A stretch of 32,000 nucleotides of DNA from Crocosphaera subtropica ATCC 51142. GTDB taxonomy: Bacteria > Cyanobacteriota > Cyanobacteriia > Cyanobacteriales > Microcystaceae. Made by a program: the position numbers and the translations under genes. Below the pieces are notes generated by a model. The model was given only the letters and a program-made list of their open reading frames with translations. It searched no databases and was not told where the DNA came from. The DNA is taken from the NCBI RefSeq assembly GCF_000017845.1, contig NC_010546.1:3060001-3092000 (forward strand), read 5' to 3'. This document shows, piece after piece, positions 1 to 10,718 of the stretch (its first letter is position 1; every line of letters begins with the position of its first letter).

Positions 1-894
1 ATTATTCCCCTTGGGTTTAAGGATTATTCTTTAGACGGTAATTCCTTGGATGCCAGTAACGAAGATGGAACCATTAATCTTCAAACCTATGATAATCTTT
101 TCGGGATGTATCAACCCGATGCGATCGCTACTTACACCGTCAATGGTCAAACCTATATTGTGACGGCCAATGAAGGAGACTCAAGGGATTACGATGGATT
201 TAGTGAAGAGGCCAGAGTTGCAGATGTTGTCCTCGATCCAGATGCTTTTCCTAATGCAACTGAACTTCAACAAGACTCAGTTTTAGGTCGTTTAAATATT
301 ACCACCACGTTAGGTGATATAGATAACGACGGAGACTTTGATGAACTCTATTCCTATGGGGCCCGTTCTTTTAGCATTTGGGATGATGAGGGTAACTTAG
401 TTTTCGATAGTGGTAATCAATTTGAGGTTCTCTTAGCTCAACTTTTACCTGAATATTTTAATGCCAGTAATGATAACAATACCTTTGATAATCGTAGTGA
501 CGATAAAGGACCCGAACCCGAAGCCGTTACCATCGGGAGGATAGGTGATCAAATCTATGCCTTTATTGGCTTAGAACGGATTGGCGGGATCATGATTTAT
601 AACATCACCGATCCTGAGAATCCTTCTTTTGTGAACTATACCAATAATAGAAACTTTACTGAGGATGTCATGACTTCTGCGGCCGGAGATTTAGGGCCTG
701 AAGGGGTCGTCTTTATTAATCCCGAAGACAGTCCCACCAATTCACCTTTATTAGTCGTTGCCAACGAAATTAGTGGAACAACCAGTGTTTATGGGATTTC
801 TAAAGTCCCTGAACCCAATGCTATTTTAGGATTAATGACAGTAGGTTTGATGGGAAGTTTCCGACTGTTGAAACACCGCAAAAAATCTAATTAG
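1..894 (+). CDS. Secreted beta-propeller-type protein (choice-of-anchor I / phytase-like family) with a C-terminal PEP-CTERM sorting signal; 5' end lies outside the window
   Basis: The frame is open from nt 1 (IIPLGFKDYSLDGNS...), so the TTG at 46 is not the true start. The TANEGDSRDYDGF motif is typical of this family. The C-terminus VPEPNAILGLMTVGLMGSFRLLKHRKKSN has a PEP motif, a hydrophobic helix and a basic tail. Confidence 0.8.
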   Translation: MIPLGFKDYSLDGNSLDASNEDGTINLQTYDNLFGMYQPDAIATYTVNGQTYIVTANEGDSRDYDGFSEEARVADVVLDPDAFPNATELQQDSVLGRLNITTTLGDIDNDGDFDELYSYGARSFSIWDDEGNLVFDSGNQFEVLLAQLLPEYFNASNDNNTFDNRSDDKGPEPEAVTIGRIGDQIYAFIGLERIGGIMIYNITDPENPSFVNYTNNRNFTEDVMTSAAGDLGPEGVVFINPEDSPTNSPLLVVANEISGTTSVYGISKVPEPNAILGLMTVGLMGSFRLLKHRKKSN

Positions 895-918
895 AGACTT
901 GGACTAGAGGGAGTTTGG

Positions 919-953
919 ATAACTGGTTACTGATCACTGGTAACGGGTAATAC
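919..953. repeat. STRR-like heptanucleotide tandem tract (ATAACTG GTTACTG ATCACTG GTAACGG GTAATAC)
   Basis: The tract was read directly from the sequence. It overlaps the last codons and the stop of dusA (..LPVTSDQ*). Confidence 0.7.
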
Positions 954-1940
954 TCCCTCTCTCGGAACTTTTTTTAACCCTTGAACAATCACTTGAGAAT
1001 CTGCACCAGGTAAATGAGCATTTTCGCTAATATGTCGTTTCCACGCTTTTGTCCCTGGAATACCGGAAAAAATGGCTAATAAATGCCGACTAATTTTATG
1101 AAGTTTATGACCCCGACTGACCCAATCATCGATATAAGGTAACATTTTTTCGATGATTTGATGGCGAGTCAACTGCGTTACCTTGTCTCGGTAAATATCT
1201 CGATCAACAGTGGCGAGTAAATAGGGATTATCGTAAGCACTGCGGCCAATCATGACAGCATCCACTAATTTTAAATGATTTCGCACTTGTTCAAGATTGG
1301 TAATGCCTCCATTAATCTCAATAAAAAGCTGAGGAAATTCCTGTTTAAGACGATAAACCTCTTGGTATCGTAAGGGGGGAATATTGCGGTTTTCTTTGGG
1401 ACTTAAGCCTTGTAACCAAGCTTTTCTTGCGTGTACGGTAAAGCGTTGACATCCTGCCTCAGAAACAATCTTGACAAACCGGGCCATGTCTTCATAACTA
1501 TCTTGGTGATCGATACCAATTCGATGCTTAACGGTAACGGGAATAGTAACCCCTTGTTGCATTTTCTCAACACATTGGGCCACTAACTCAGGGTTAGCCA
1601 TTAAACAAGCCCCAAAATGTCCACTTTGAACACGATCGCTGGGACAGCCAACATTCAAATTAACTTCATCATAACCCCAATCTTCGCCAATGATGGCACA
1701 TTCGGCTAATTCTTGGGGGTTGTCTCCTCCTATCTGTAAGGATAGGGGTTTTTCTTCTGGGGAAAAGTCTAATAGTTTCGGGCGATCGCCGTTTATAATG
1801 GCTGCGCTGACAATCATTTCTGTATAGAGTAAGGTGTGACGGGTTATTTGTCGCATAAAGTAACGAAAATGGCGATCGGTATAATCCATCATCGGTGCTA
1901 CACTTAAAGGGTTCATTAAGTTAGTTTGATTGTCATTCAT
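927..1940 (-). CDS. dusA: tRNA-dihydrouridine(20/20a) synthase DusA
   Basis: The protein shows full-length DusA-type TIM-barrel similarity (LSVAPMMDYTDRHFRYF, NLNVGCPSDRV, TVKHRIG, TVHARKAWLQGLSPKENR). I prefer the ATG at 1940 (MNDNQ...) to the TTG at 1955 given in the ORF track. Confidence 0.93.
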   Translation of the reverse strand: MNDNQTNLMNPLSVAPMMDYTDRHFRYFMRQITRHTLLYTEMIVSAAIINGDRPKLLDFSPEEKPLSLQIGGDNPQELAECAIIGEDWGYDEVNLNVGCPSDRVQSGHFGACLMANPELVAQCVEKMQQGVTIPVTVKHRIGIDHQDSYEDMARFVKIVSEAGCQRFTVHARKAWLQGLSPKENRNIPPLRYQEVYRLKQEFPQLFIEINGGITNLEQVRNHLKLVDAVMIGRSAYDNPYLLATVDRDIYRDKVTQLTRHQIIEKMLPYIDDWVSRGHKLHKISRHLLAIFSGIPGTKAWKRHISENAHLPGADSQVIVQGLKKVPREGVLPVTSDQ

Positions 1941-1950
1941 TATGAGTCTG

Positions 1951-1978
1951 ACCAATCACTGATAACTGGTCACTGCTT
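1951..1978. repeat. STRR-like heptanucleotide tandem tract (ACCAATC ACTGATA ACTGGTC ACTGCTT)
   Basis: The tract was read directly from the sequence and lies immediately upstream of dusA. Its 20-mer TCACTGATAACTGGTCACTG recurs at 12125-12144 with one mismatch. Confidence 0.7.
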
Positions 1979-2010
1979 TAATAGTTTGCTATTACCAGTA
2001 TTGTATCAAT

Positions 2011-2463
2011 ATGAGTTTATTTATTGGCGATCGCATTTTAGTTCCCCTTGATTTTTCTCAAGATTCTTTTAATGCCCTTGATGAAACGTTAAACTATATC
2101 AAAGATCCAAATAAAATAACGGTTATTCATGTTTTATTACCATTAGAATCCGTTGATCCTGGGGTCATTTGGTCGACATTAGATGATGATACTCGTCAGC
2201 GTAATATTAAGAATACTTTTTATGAACGTTATCCTAAATCTTTAGTTGATAACTTAAACTTAGTCGTTAAAATAGGCAATCCTAGCTTAGAAATTGTGGA
2301 TTATGCTAAAAACAATAACATTGATCTCATTGTCATTGCTTCTCATGGACGTACGGGGTTAAATCGTTTTTTGTTGGGTTCAGTGACGGAAAAAGTAGTC
2401 CGTTTAGCTCAATGTCCTGTGTTAGTTTGGCGTGATTATCATCAGGATATAGAGAGTCCTTAA
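2011..2463 (+). CDS. Universal stress protein (UspA family)
   Basis: 150 aa. The C-terminal nucleotide-binding signature SHGRTGLNRFLLGSVTEKVV is typical of Usp domains. Confidence 0.85.
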   Translation: MSLFIGDRILVPLDFSQDSFNALDETLNYIKDPNKITVIHVLLPLESVDPGVIWSTLDDDTRQRNIKNTFYERYPKSLVDNLNLVVKIGNPSLEIVDYAKNNNIDLIVIASHGRTGLNRFLLGSVTEKVVRLAQCPVLVWRDYHQDIESP

Positions 2464-2479
2464 AATATCTTTCAAACTT

Positions 2480-2995
2480 CTAAATACAACCTTTTACTGA
2501 AACTGTATAAGTTTTTCCCATAGAAACGGGATCACCGACAAATAAATTAACTTGAATCGGTATATTATCTCCTTGAGAAACTCCTTTTATTTCCACTGAT
2601 TCTCCTGCGGTAAAAGTTTTATTTTCGTTATAGATTTCATCGGCAGTATTATCATTGTATTTAAGATAACCTCTTACTTTATATTCTCCATCATCTTGAG
2701 GGGTAAAAGTAATAATATATTTCTTGTATTGTTTGAGAGGAATAATAGAAAAATCCGTATTCCAGTTATTATTGACACCCACACTAGCAGGACCAATCAC
2801 AGGAATGGAAAGACCCGGTTGAGAAACGGTTTTAGTGACTTCGGTTTCATTTTCTTTTTCCCCACCAATAACAGGAAAAGCTGTACAAGTTTCTGCATAA
2901 CTAGGTTGAGTATTAAAAGATAATAAATTAAGACTTGTTAGTAACCCAATTCCTAATAAACGAGTTATTGTTTGATTGAAAAAACAGTTCATCAT
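2480..2995 (-). CDS. Hypothetical secreted protein (171 aa)
   Basis: The N-terminus has a signal peptide (..LLTSLNLLSFNTQPSYA/ETC). The mature part looks beta-rich. The only Cys residues in the mature part lie near its two ends (ETC.. and ..KGCI). I recognise no family. Confidence 0.6.
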   Translation of the reverse strand: MMNCFFNQTITRLLGIGLLTSLNLLSFNTQPSYAETCTAFPVIGGEKENETEVTKTVSQPGLSIPVIGPASVGVNNNWNTDFSIIPLKQYKKYIITFTPQDDGEYKVRGYLKYNDNTADEIYNENKTFTAGESVEIKGVSQGDNIPIQVNLFVGDPVSMGKTYTVSVKGCI

Positions 2996-3076
2996 TTTTT
3001 CCTTACCATTATTATATAGAAAATAAAAGAAATTTTATCATAAACATTCACCTGCTACTTATAACAGCATTATTTT

Positions 3077-4270
3077 TTACAAATCTTTAAATTGTATTTC
3101 CCGTTTACTGAAGGGTAAATCCTGATTAATGGCATCAATTTCTTCTTGTTCCATCTCATTAATTTGTGGAATATAATTACGAAGGATTTGGGTCATTTTC
3201 TGGTCATAAAATCGGTGTAAACTATAATTAGGTGTTGCAGGAAAACCTCGTCTTCTTTTGTGTCTTCCTCCGGCACCTGGATCAAACATTTTAATTCCTT
3301 CTTTGATAGCCCATTCTATGGGTTGATAGTAACAAGCTTCAAAATGAAGACAATCATATTCTTCAAAAGATCCCCAATAACGACCATATAAGTTATCGTC
3401 TTTTCTAATACAAAAAGACAGTCCTACAGGTTTATGATCGTCATAGTCTGTGTAAGCGGCAGCTAAGACAACCCGATGGGAATAATGAGGATAAAGTTGC
3501 TCAAAAAATTTGCGGGTTAAATATTTACTTCCCCAATAAAACTTTTCACAAGTGTTATTATAAAAACGATAAATCATCGGATACAAATGATGAGGAATCT
3601 CATCTCCTGTTAACACCTTCATTGTCAAATTAGCCTTATTGACTGCTTTTCTTTCTCGTTTAATATTGCGTCTTTGATTAGCATTAAACTGTTTCAAGTA
3701 GTCATCAAAATTATTAAAATTGGGATTAGACCAAATATAACTATGATGTAACCAACTACTAAAACCACAATTTTCTATCATGGGTTTCCAGTCAGGATCA
3801 ACAAACAAAAAATGACAACCTGACAGTTTATTTTGATCACAAAAATGATCAATGGCTGCTACCATAATTTCTGTGATTTCTGCTTCATTTTCATTAGGAG
3901 TAATTAAAAAACGATACCCAACAGCAGGGGTAAAGGGTGTCATCCCCAAAAGCTTAGGATAATAGGGAATACCCAAACGATGGGACAAATCAGCCCATTG
4001 ATGATCAAACACAAATTCCCCATAACTATGGCCTTTAATATACAAAGGTGCAACAGCAATTAACTGTTTATCTCGCCATAGTGTTAAATGACAAGGTTGC
4101 CATCCTGTGCGTGGTGTAGCACTTTTAGAGGTTTCGATATTATTGAGCCATTCCCACTCTAAAAAAGGGGTTTTTAAGGGGGTTGCAAGTTCATCCCAAA
4201 CCTGTTTAGGAATTTCAGAAATTTTTTGAATCCAACTGACAGAGTATTGAGGTTTGACTTGTTTAAACAT
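3077..4270 (-). CDS. DUF482 / FemAB-like (BioF2-like) GNAT-fold N-acyltransferase
   Basis: 397 aa with COG3146-type features: a C-terminal FDPGAGGRHKRRRGF motif (the family motif is G-x-Q-G-E-H-K-x-x-R-G-F-like) and typical length. Confidence 0.7.
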   Translation of the reverse strand: MFKQVKPQYSVSWIQKISEIPKQVWDELATPLKTPFLEWEWLNNIETSKSATPRTGWQPCHLTLWRDKQLIAVAPLYIKGHSYGEFVFDHQWADLSHRLGIPYYPKLLGMTPFTPAVGYRFLITPNENEAEITEIMVAAIDHFCDQNKLSGCHFLFVDPDWKPMIENCGFSSWLHHSYIWSNPNFNNFDDYLKQFNANQRRNIKRERKAVNKANLTMKVLTGDEIPHHLYPMIYRFYNNTCEKFYWGSKYLTRKFFEQLYPHYSHRVVLAAAYTDYDDHKPVGLSFCIRKDDNLYGRYWGSFEEYDCLHFEACYYQPIEWAIKEGIKMFDPGAGGRHKRRRGFPATPNYSLHRFYDQKMTQILRNYIPQINEMEQEEIDAINQDLPFSKREIQFKDL

Positions 4271-4396
4271 AGGTTAAGCTTGTCTCGGGAACGTTCTCTC
4301 TAGGATAATGAATTTTTGCTGAGATGACAGCCTAGATAGTTAGTCCGTTAATGCTGTTGAAGGGTACAGAGAAACAAGATTTTTTTGCTTATTATT

Positions 4397-5077
4397 TTAA
4401 ACAGATAAGACCTTATAGTGTAAAAAGATTTCTTGTTCTTTTTGTTCTAAGCTTAATAATTCTAATTTTTGAGCATGGGAAGAGAGAAAACCCATCCCTT
4501 CTACTGGAGTTGGGGCTGTTTTTCCTCCTAAGAGATAGGGACAAACAGTTAACCATAATTCATCGATTAAGTTCTGCTCTAAACAATTGGCTACCAGTTC
4601 CCCACCCCCTATAATTGCCAGATGACTTAATCCTAGTTCTTTTAACCTTTTCAATGCTTCAACTAAGTTGATTTTTCCTGCTTCTATTTCAGGAAAGGTC
4701 AAGACTTTTTCAAATTTTGAAGTTTGCTCTTTTGTCCCTTCTTGTGTAGTCATTAACCAATGGGGGACGGGTTGAGAAAAAAAGCGTAAATTATCGGCAA
4801 TTTTCCCCGAAGCTGAGACAACAATATTAATGGGTTGACTGGGTTTATTATTCTGTTTTCGATTGGCTAATAATTCAGCATCTTTTACTATTACTGTCGT
4901 TCCAAAAGCTCTTAACGTTCTTGCACCCAATAAGACACCATCGACTAAAGAAATTTGTTTTTCTAAATGATTTTGATCAATATTCGAGCCAAATCTAGCT
5001 GCATTACGTTGAAAATCAGCAATTTTTCCATCAGCAGTCATGGCTAAAATGACTGCTGTTTTTGGTCTATTTTCCAT
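4397..5077 (-). CDS. RibD C-terminal domain reductase (diaminohydroxyphosphoribosylaminopyrimidine reductase-like / DHFR-fold)
   Basis: MENRPKTAVILAMTADGKIAD..., GGGELVANCLEQNLIDELWLTVCPYLLGG. I prefer the ATG at 5077 to the TTG at 5107. Confidence 0.75.
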   Translation of the reverse strand: MENRPKTAVILAMTADGKIADFQRNAARFGSNIDQNHLEKQISLVDGVLLGARTLRAFGTTVIVKDAELLANRKQNNKPSQPINIVVSASGKIADNLRFFSQPVPHWLMTTQEGTKEQTSKFEKVLTFPEIEAGKINLVEALKRLKELGLSHLAIIGGGELVANCLEQNLIDELWLTVCPYLLGGKTAPTPVEGMGFLSSHAQKLELLSLEQKEQEIFLHYKVLSV

Positions 5078-5813
5078 CTGTATTTCTCTGTAAGTTAAGG
5101 ATAACAACTAATACCTGTTATTTTTGTATTTTTGTCAAGGGCAGGTTTATAATCGTTTACCTCTAGTTAGTACATTTGCTCAAAAAACTTTCTATTTTGC
5201 TCTTGGTAACCCTTATTTTGAGATAGATTCGAGTTTTAACCGACGCAATAATAGGAATATTCGGAGTTATTTTAAAAGCAGATAGACTATGCCTGCATTA
5301 TCAGTCTTGATGATCATACCATAAGCCCGTAACTTCGTTAATTATTGACAATAATTCTTATACATTGCGATATGTAAAGGGAGTGGAATATTTTTATTTT
5401 CTTTGTTCTTGTAATTTTATATAAGCTATGCTTATGTAAAAGCGTAGTTCTACTACGGATAGATAATCATCTCTTTTAAAGGTTATAAAATCCGAGGGTC
5501 AATCAAATAGATGATACCTTAGTTGGTTATATTTACTCAACTGAATTCAATCAACTAAATTGATTCAGCTATGTCCAAAGACTGATTTAGACATATATAA
5601 TTTAAGCACAAATATGTATATTTTTTACCCATTGGTGATTTAGCAATAAAAGTTAAAATAACTTAGGACAACTACCTCTTATACTAGATCTGCTTTAGAC
5701 AGTAGACAATCATCTTGAGAAGGCAGGGGGAGAAAGAAGATTACTCTACGATGATAAGCGGATTTGGTATCATTAGTTCATTAACAGATTATTTATCATT
5801 TTAAGTGTAAATA

Positions 5814-6608
5814 CTAAGTCTTAATCCACTGAGGAAAATCTTGAGAAAATTTCTCTAAACAAAGCAAAGAAATAGTATTATCTTCCTTAACTATTTGATG
5901 AGTTTTTGAGGTATTGTAACCCCAGTCAGCTAAAAATAATTTAACTTCACTTAAATCTGATTGATTTTGTACACTTTTTAAGGTTTTAAATAAGTCTTCA
6001 ATAAACCATAAATTGCTAGTAGCTTCTTGATTCTTTTTAAGAATTTGCCTTAAAGTTTCGTACTTTGGTTGTTTAACTTCCTTGCCAAAAATATGCTCTT
6101 CAGGAAAAGATAAATTTTGCTGTTTTAAAAGTTGTTTAACAAATCTACCTTCTTTAGTTGTGACAATATATAAAAGGGTAGAAGATTCTAACAGTTGACC
6201 TAGCTTTTCTAATACACCTGGATAAAATTCATGTAATGCTAACCAGTTATCTAAGTCTGTTTTGATCCAATGATCCCTTACTTCATCCAATTCTGACATG
6301 ACTTGTTGTTTATTTAAGTTTTCTTTTTCAACAATTTCAGAACAAATCTGATGCCAGTTGCTTTCAAGATTTTTTTGATCATATTTTAATACTAATGCTC
6401 TTAATAAAATAGGCATTTCCCATCCGGTTTCAATGACGGGACGTAATTGATAAAAAGAATTAGCCCAAACCTCTAAATTATCTTGATTCTTATCTAACCA
6501 TATTTGTTGATAAGTTCTGATAGTTGTTTGAAAATATTCCTTTAAACCGTTACAAATGACACCATCAAAATCAAGGGCTAAAATTTTAGGTTGCTCAGTA
6601 TTCTGCAT
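5814..6608 (-). CDS. HAD-superfamily hydrolase
   Basis: Motif I is LALDFDGVICNG (DxDG). Motif II is LYIVTTKE. The C-terminal acidic motif is WFIEDL. Confidence 0.75.
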   Translation of the reverse strand: MQNTEQPKILALDFDGVICNGLKEYFQTTIRTYQQIWLDKNQDNLEVWANSFYQLRPVIETGWEMPILLRALVLKYDQKNLESNWHQICSEIVEKENLNKQQVMSELDEVRDHWIKTDLDNWLALHEFYPGVLEKLGQLLESSTLLYIVTTKEGRFVKQLLKQQNLSFPEEHIFGKEVKQPKYETLRQILKKNQEATSNLWFIEDLFKTLKSVQNQSDLSEVKLFLADWGYNTSKTHQIVKEDNTISLLCLEKFSQDFPQWIKT

Positions 6609-6681
6609 AATGTTAACTTGATAGAATTGAGTTAAACTTGCTATAACTATTCATATTATAATGATAATAGACTAAAACACC

Positions 6682-7311
6682 ATGAACTTTTCTGAATATA
6701 TTAATAGTTTCATAACCTTACTAGCTATTTCTAATCCCATTGGAAATTTACCCATTTATCTTGGGTTAACAGCAGAAAAAACTAAGAAACAAAAACAACA
6801 AACAATTAAAACGGCATCCATTGCCTTTGCTATTATTTTAATTGTGTCTTGTTTTCTGGGAGAAGTGATCTTATCTGCTTTTGGCATTAGTATTGCTTCT
6901 TTTAGAGTAGCAGGAGGCTTTCTTATTTTTATCTTTGGATTTCATATGCTTCAAGCAAAAACCAGTGACATTCATCATACTTCAGAAGAAAATAAAGAAG
7001 CACAAACTGCCGATTCTATTGCCATTGTTCCCTTAGCTTTACCGTTATTAGCAGGGCCTGGAACCATTAGTTCTGTGATTGTTTTAGCCCATAAGACTCA
7101 ATCCTTAACCGATAAACTAGGACTATCTATTGTGATTATTATTTTAGGAAGTTTAATTTTTGTTGCTTATAGTTTTGCCCCTGTCATTGGTAATTTTCTT
7201 GGTAAAACAGGGATGAATATTGTTGCTCGTTTAATGGGATTAATTACAATGGCGATGGCAGTTCAGTTTATGGCGGATGGTTTAGAAGTTTTGTTTCCTG
7301 GATGGAAATAA
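6682..7311 (+). CDS. MarC-family (UPF0056) integral membrane protein
   Basis: 209 aa with about 6 hydrophobic segments. The sequence starts with NPIGNLPIY and contains IVPLALPLLAGPGTIS, both typical of the MarC family. Confidence 0.8.
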   Translation: MNFSEYINSFITLLAISNPIGNLPIYLGLTAEKTKKQKQQTIKTASIAFAIILIVSCFLGEVILSAFGISIASFRVAGGFLIFIFGFHMLQAKTSDIHHTSEENKEAQTADSIAIVPLALPLLAGPGTISSVIVLAHKTQSLTDKLGLSIVIIILGSLIFVAYSFAPVIGNFLGKTGMNIVARLMGLITMAMAVQFMADGLEVLFPGWK

Positions 7312-7367
7312 TATGTAACGCTTTAAATATGATGAATTCCCAAACTGTAAATTATTAGGAGAAAACA

Positions 7368-8492
7368 TTGCAACAAGAATCAGCTTATTGGTTAGCTTGG
7401 TCTAAAATACCTGGAGTTGGACCTGTGTTATTAAAACGGGTATGGCAACAGTTTGGCAGCTTAGAAACTGCTTGGAAAACTTCTGCAACTGAGTTAGGTC
7501 AAGTAGAAGGTATAGGGGCAAAACTACTCAATACGATTAAACAAGAGCGATCGCAGATTAACCCTTTAGAATTACTTGAGACACATTTAGAAAAAAATCC
7601 TCAATTTTGGACTCCCAATCAAGATACTTATCCCTGTTTATTATTAGAAATTCCCAGTCCTCCCCCTCTGCTTTATTATCAAGGACAAGTCAATTTATTA
7701 GAAAATCAAGGACATACGCCCTTAGTGGGTATTGTGGGGACTCGTTACCCCACCGAACATGGTCGTCGTTGGACTCGTAACATTGCCATAGCCTTAGTTA
7801 AACACGGATTTACGGTGGTTTCAGGAATGGCTGCAGGGATCGATGGTATTGCCCATCAAGCTTGCTTAGAAGCCGGAGGAAGGACTATTGCAGTGTTAGG
7901 AACAGGAGTAGATATGGTTTACCCGAGTCATCACCGTCAGTTACATCGAGACTTACAAAAAGACGGTTTAATCATCAGTGAATATCCAGCCGGAACGCCA
8001 GGCGATCGTCGTCATTTTCCTGCCAGAAATCGTATTATTGCGGGGCTAAGTCGCGCAGTTTTGGTGATGGAAGCGCCGGAGAAGTCTGGGGCGTTAATTA
8101 CAGCAAGATATGCTAATGAGTTTTGCAGAGATGTTTATACGTTGCCGAACTCTCCTGAAGTTGCCCAAGCCAGAGGATGTTTACGACTCATTCATCAAGG
8201 GGCAGAAATGATTGTCACAGAGGATGAATTATTAGAAATGTTAGGGGCTATTCCTGAGTTAGATCAAGGTCAACAGTTATCTTTATTTGATATGGAGAAA
8301 ACAGAAATGTTACTGAAGTTAGATCCTGAGTTATTAAAGATATTTCAAGTTATTTCTACCGAAGGAACGTCTTTTGATGTCATTGTAGAAAAAGCTGGTT
8401 TACCTACTGCTCAAGTTTCAGGAGGGTTATTACAATTAGAATTAGAAGGATTAATTATGCAGTTACCAGGGATGAGGTATCAGAAAAAATAA
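7368..8492 (+). CDS. dprA: DNA-processing protein DprA (Smf)
   Basis: GIVGTRYPTEHGRRW...VVSGMAAGIDGIAHQACLEAGGRTIAVLGTGVDMVYPSHH...FPARNRIIAGLS. The start is a TTG preceded by AGGAG. Confidence 0.92.
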   Translation: MQQESAYWLAWSKIPGVGPVLLKRVWQQFGSLETAWKTSATELGQVEGIGAKLLNTIKQERSQINPLELLETHLEKNPQFWTPNQDTYPCLLLEIPSPPPLLYYQGQVNLLENQGHTPLVGIVGTRYPTEHGRRWTRNIAIALVKHGFTVVSGMAAGIDGIAHQACLEAGGRTIAVLGTGVDMVYPSHHRQLHRDLQKDGLIISEYPAGTPGDRRHFPARNRIIAGLSRAVLVMEAPEKSGALITARYANEFCRDVYTLPNSPEVAQARGCLRLIHQGAEMIVTEDELLEMLGAIPELDQGQQLSLFDMEKTEMLLKLDPELLKIFQVISTEGTSFDVIVEKAGLPTAQVSGGLLQLELEGLIMQLPGMRYQKK

Positions 8493-8742
8493 ATTACACT
8501 CTAGAATTTTCATGATATTGTAATTCAGGCTCTCGAAAAAGATTGGTGAATTATTACACAAGATGCACTAAAATTTACTGTCGGTAGTCGTTCCCTTTAC
8601 AAAGAAAATTATCTGGTTTTGGGTTGGATCTCATGTAAATGTGTCTAAAAACACCCAAAAATTCAAGGACTCAAAGAAAAACGCTCCTCCCTTAAGTCCT
8701 TAAAACCCTTATGAATCGTGGGTTATACTGATTATAGCTAAA

Positions 8743-8815
<73 letters not shown>

Positions 8816-8946
8816 TAAAGCACTCATTTATTCAGTGCTTAACAAGCATAGCAAATATTTTTAAGCAGTGCAAGAGGTTTGGTAAAAAATTTTTACCTTA
8901 GTTAGAAGATAAAAACATCTCAGGATAAAATGCTAAAATGTGATCC

Positions 8947-9027
8947 ATAGCTAGGGGTGTCTGTGGAATTAGGCTGAGAAAAACCCTTAGAACCTGAGAC
9001 TGGGTAATACCAGCGTAGGGAAGCTGT
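8947..9027 (+). promoter_or_regulatory. TPP (THI-box) riboswitch in the thiC leader
   Basis: Conserved THI-box elements are present: GGGGTG...CTGAGA...ACCCTT..GAACCTGA....GGTAATACCAGCGTAGGGAA. A P1 pairing AUAGCU/AGCUGU can be drawn. The element ends 19 nt before the thiC ATG. Confidence 0.9.
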
Positions 9028-9033
9028 TTATAG

Positions 9034-10425
<1,392 letters not shown>

Positions 10426-10434
10426 TGCAATAAA

Positions 10435-10516
10435 CTGCTGGCAACCTACAGCAGTTAATTTTCGTGTCTAGAGTATAAAAAAACTCCTGTTAAGTATTAT
10501 ATTAACGGGAGTTTTT
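10435..10516 (+). terminator. Two tandem rho-independent terminator hairpins after thiC
   Basis: Hairpin 1: CTGCTG-8nt-CAGCAG followed by TTAATTTT (10435-10462). Hairpin 2: AAAAAA-ACTCCTGTTA-loop-TAACGGGAGT-TTTTT (10477-10516). The A and T flanks suggest it could act in both directions. Confidence 0.7.
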
Positions 10517-10718
10517 GAACAAACAGTGTCCATCACACCATTCAATTTATATGAATTCTCAAAAGTTACTAGAGACTTAATTAATATTCTTTTTGCTTTA
10601 TCTCCCGTGCTACCCTTGCTCCCTCAACTAATAATCTCTATTGTTTAATAAAGAGAATTGGTATTAGGGTTGATTCTGGTTACAATTTATCAATCGAGTT
10701 AAATAGAGGACAATTCAG

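Noticed and set aside
2696-2923. A 75-aa plus-strand ORF inside the secreted 171-aa orphan.
   Set aside because: The minus-strand ORF has a convincing signal peptide and fills the intergenic space cleanly. The plus-strand peptide is basic, low-complexity sequence.
4351-4614. An 87-aa plus-strand ORF overlapping the 3' part of the RibD-C-like gene.
   Set aside because: It overlaps a gene with recognisable family motifs on the opposite strand and has no homology signal of its own. It is probably a shadow ORF.
8817-8843. A 7-bp hairpin (AAGCACT-9nt-AGTGCTT) next to the tRNA-Phe 5' end.
   Set aside because: The stem is short, there is no U-tract on either strand, and it lies upstream of the tRNA, so a terminator role is unsupported.
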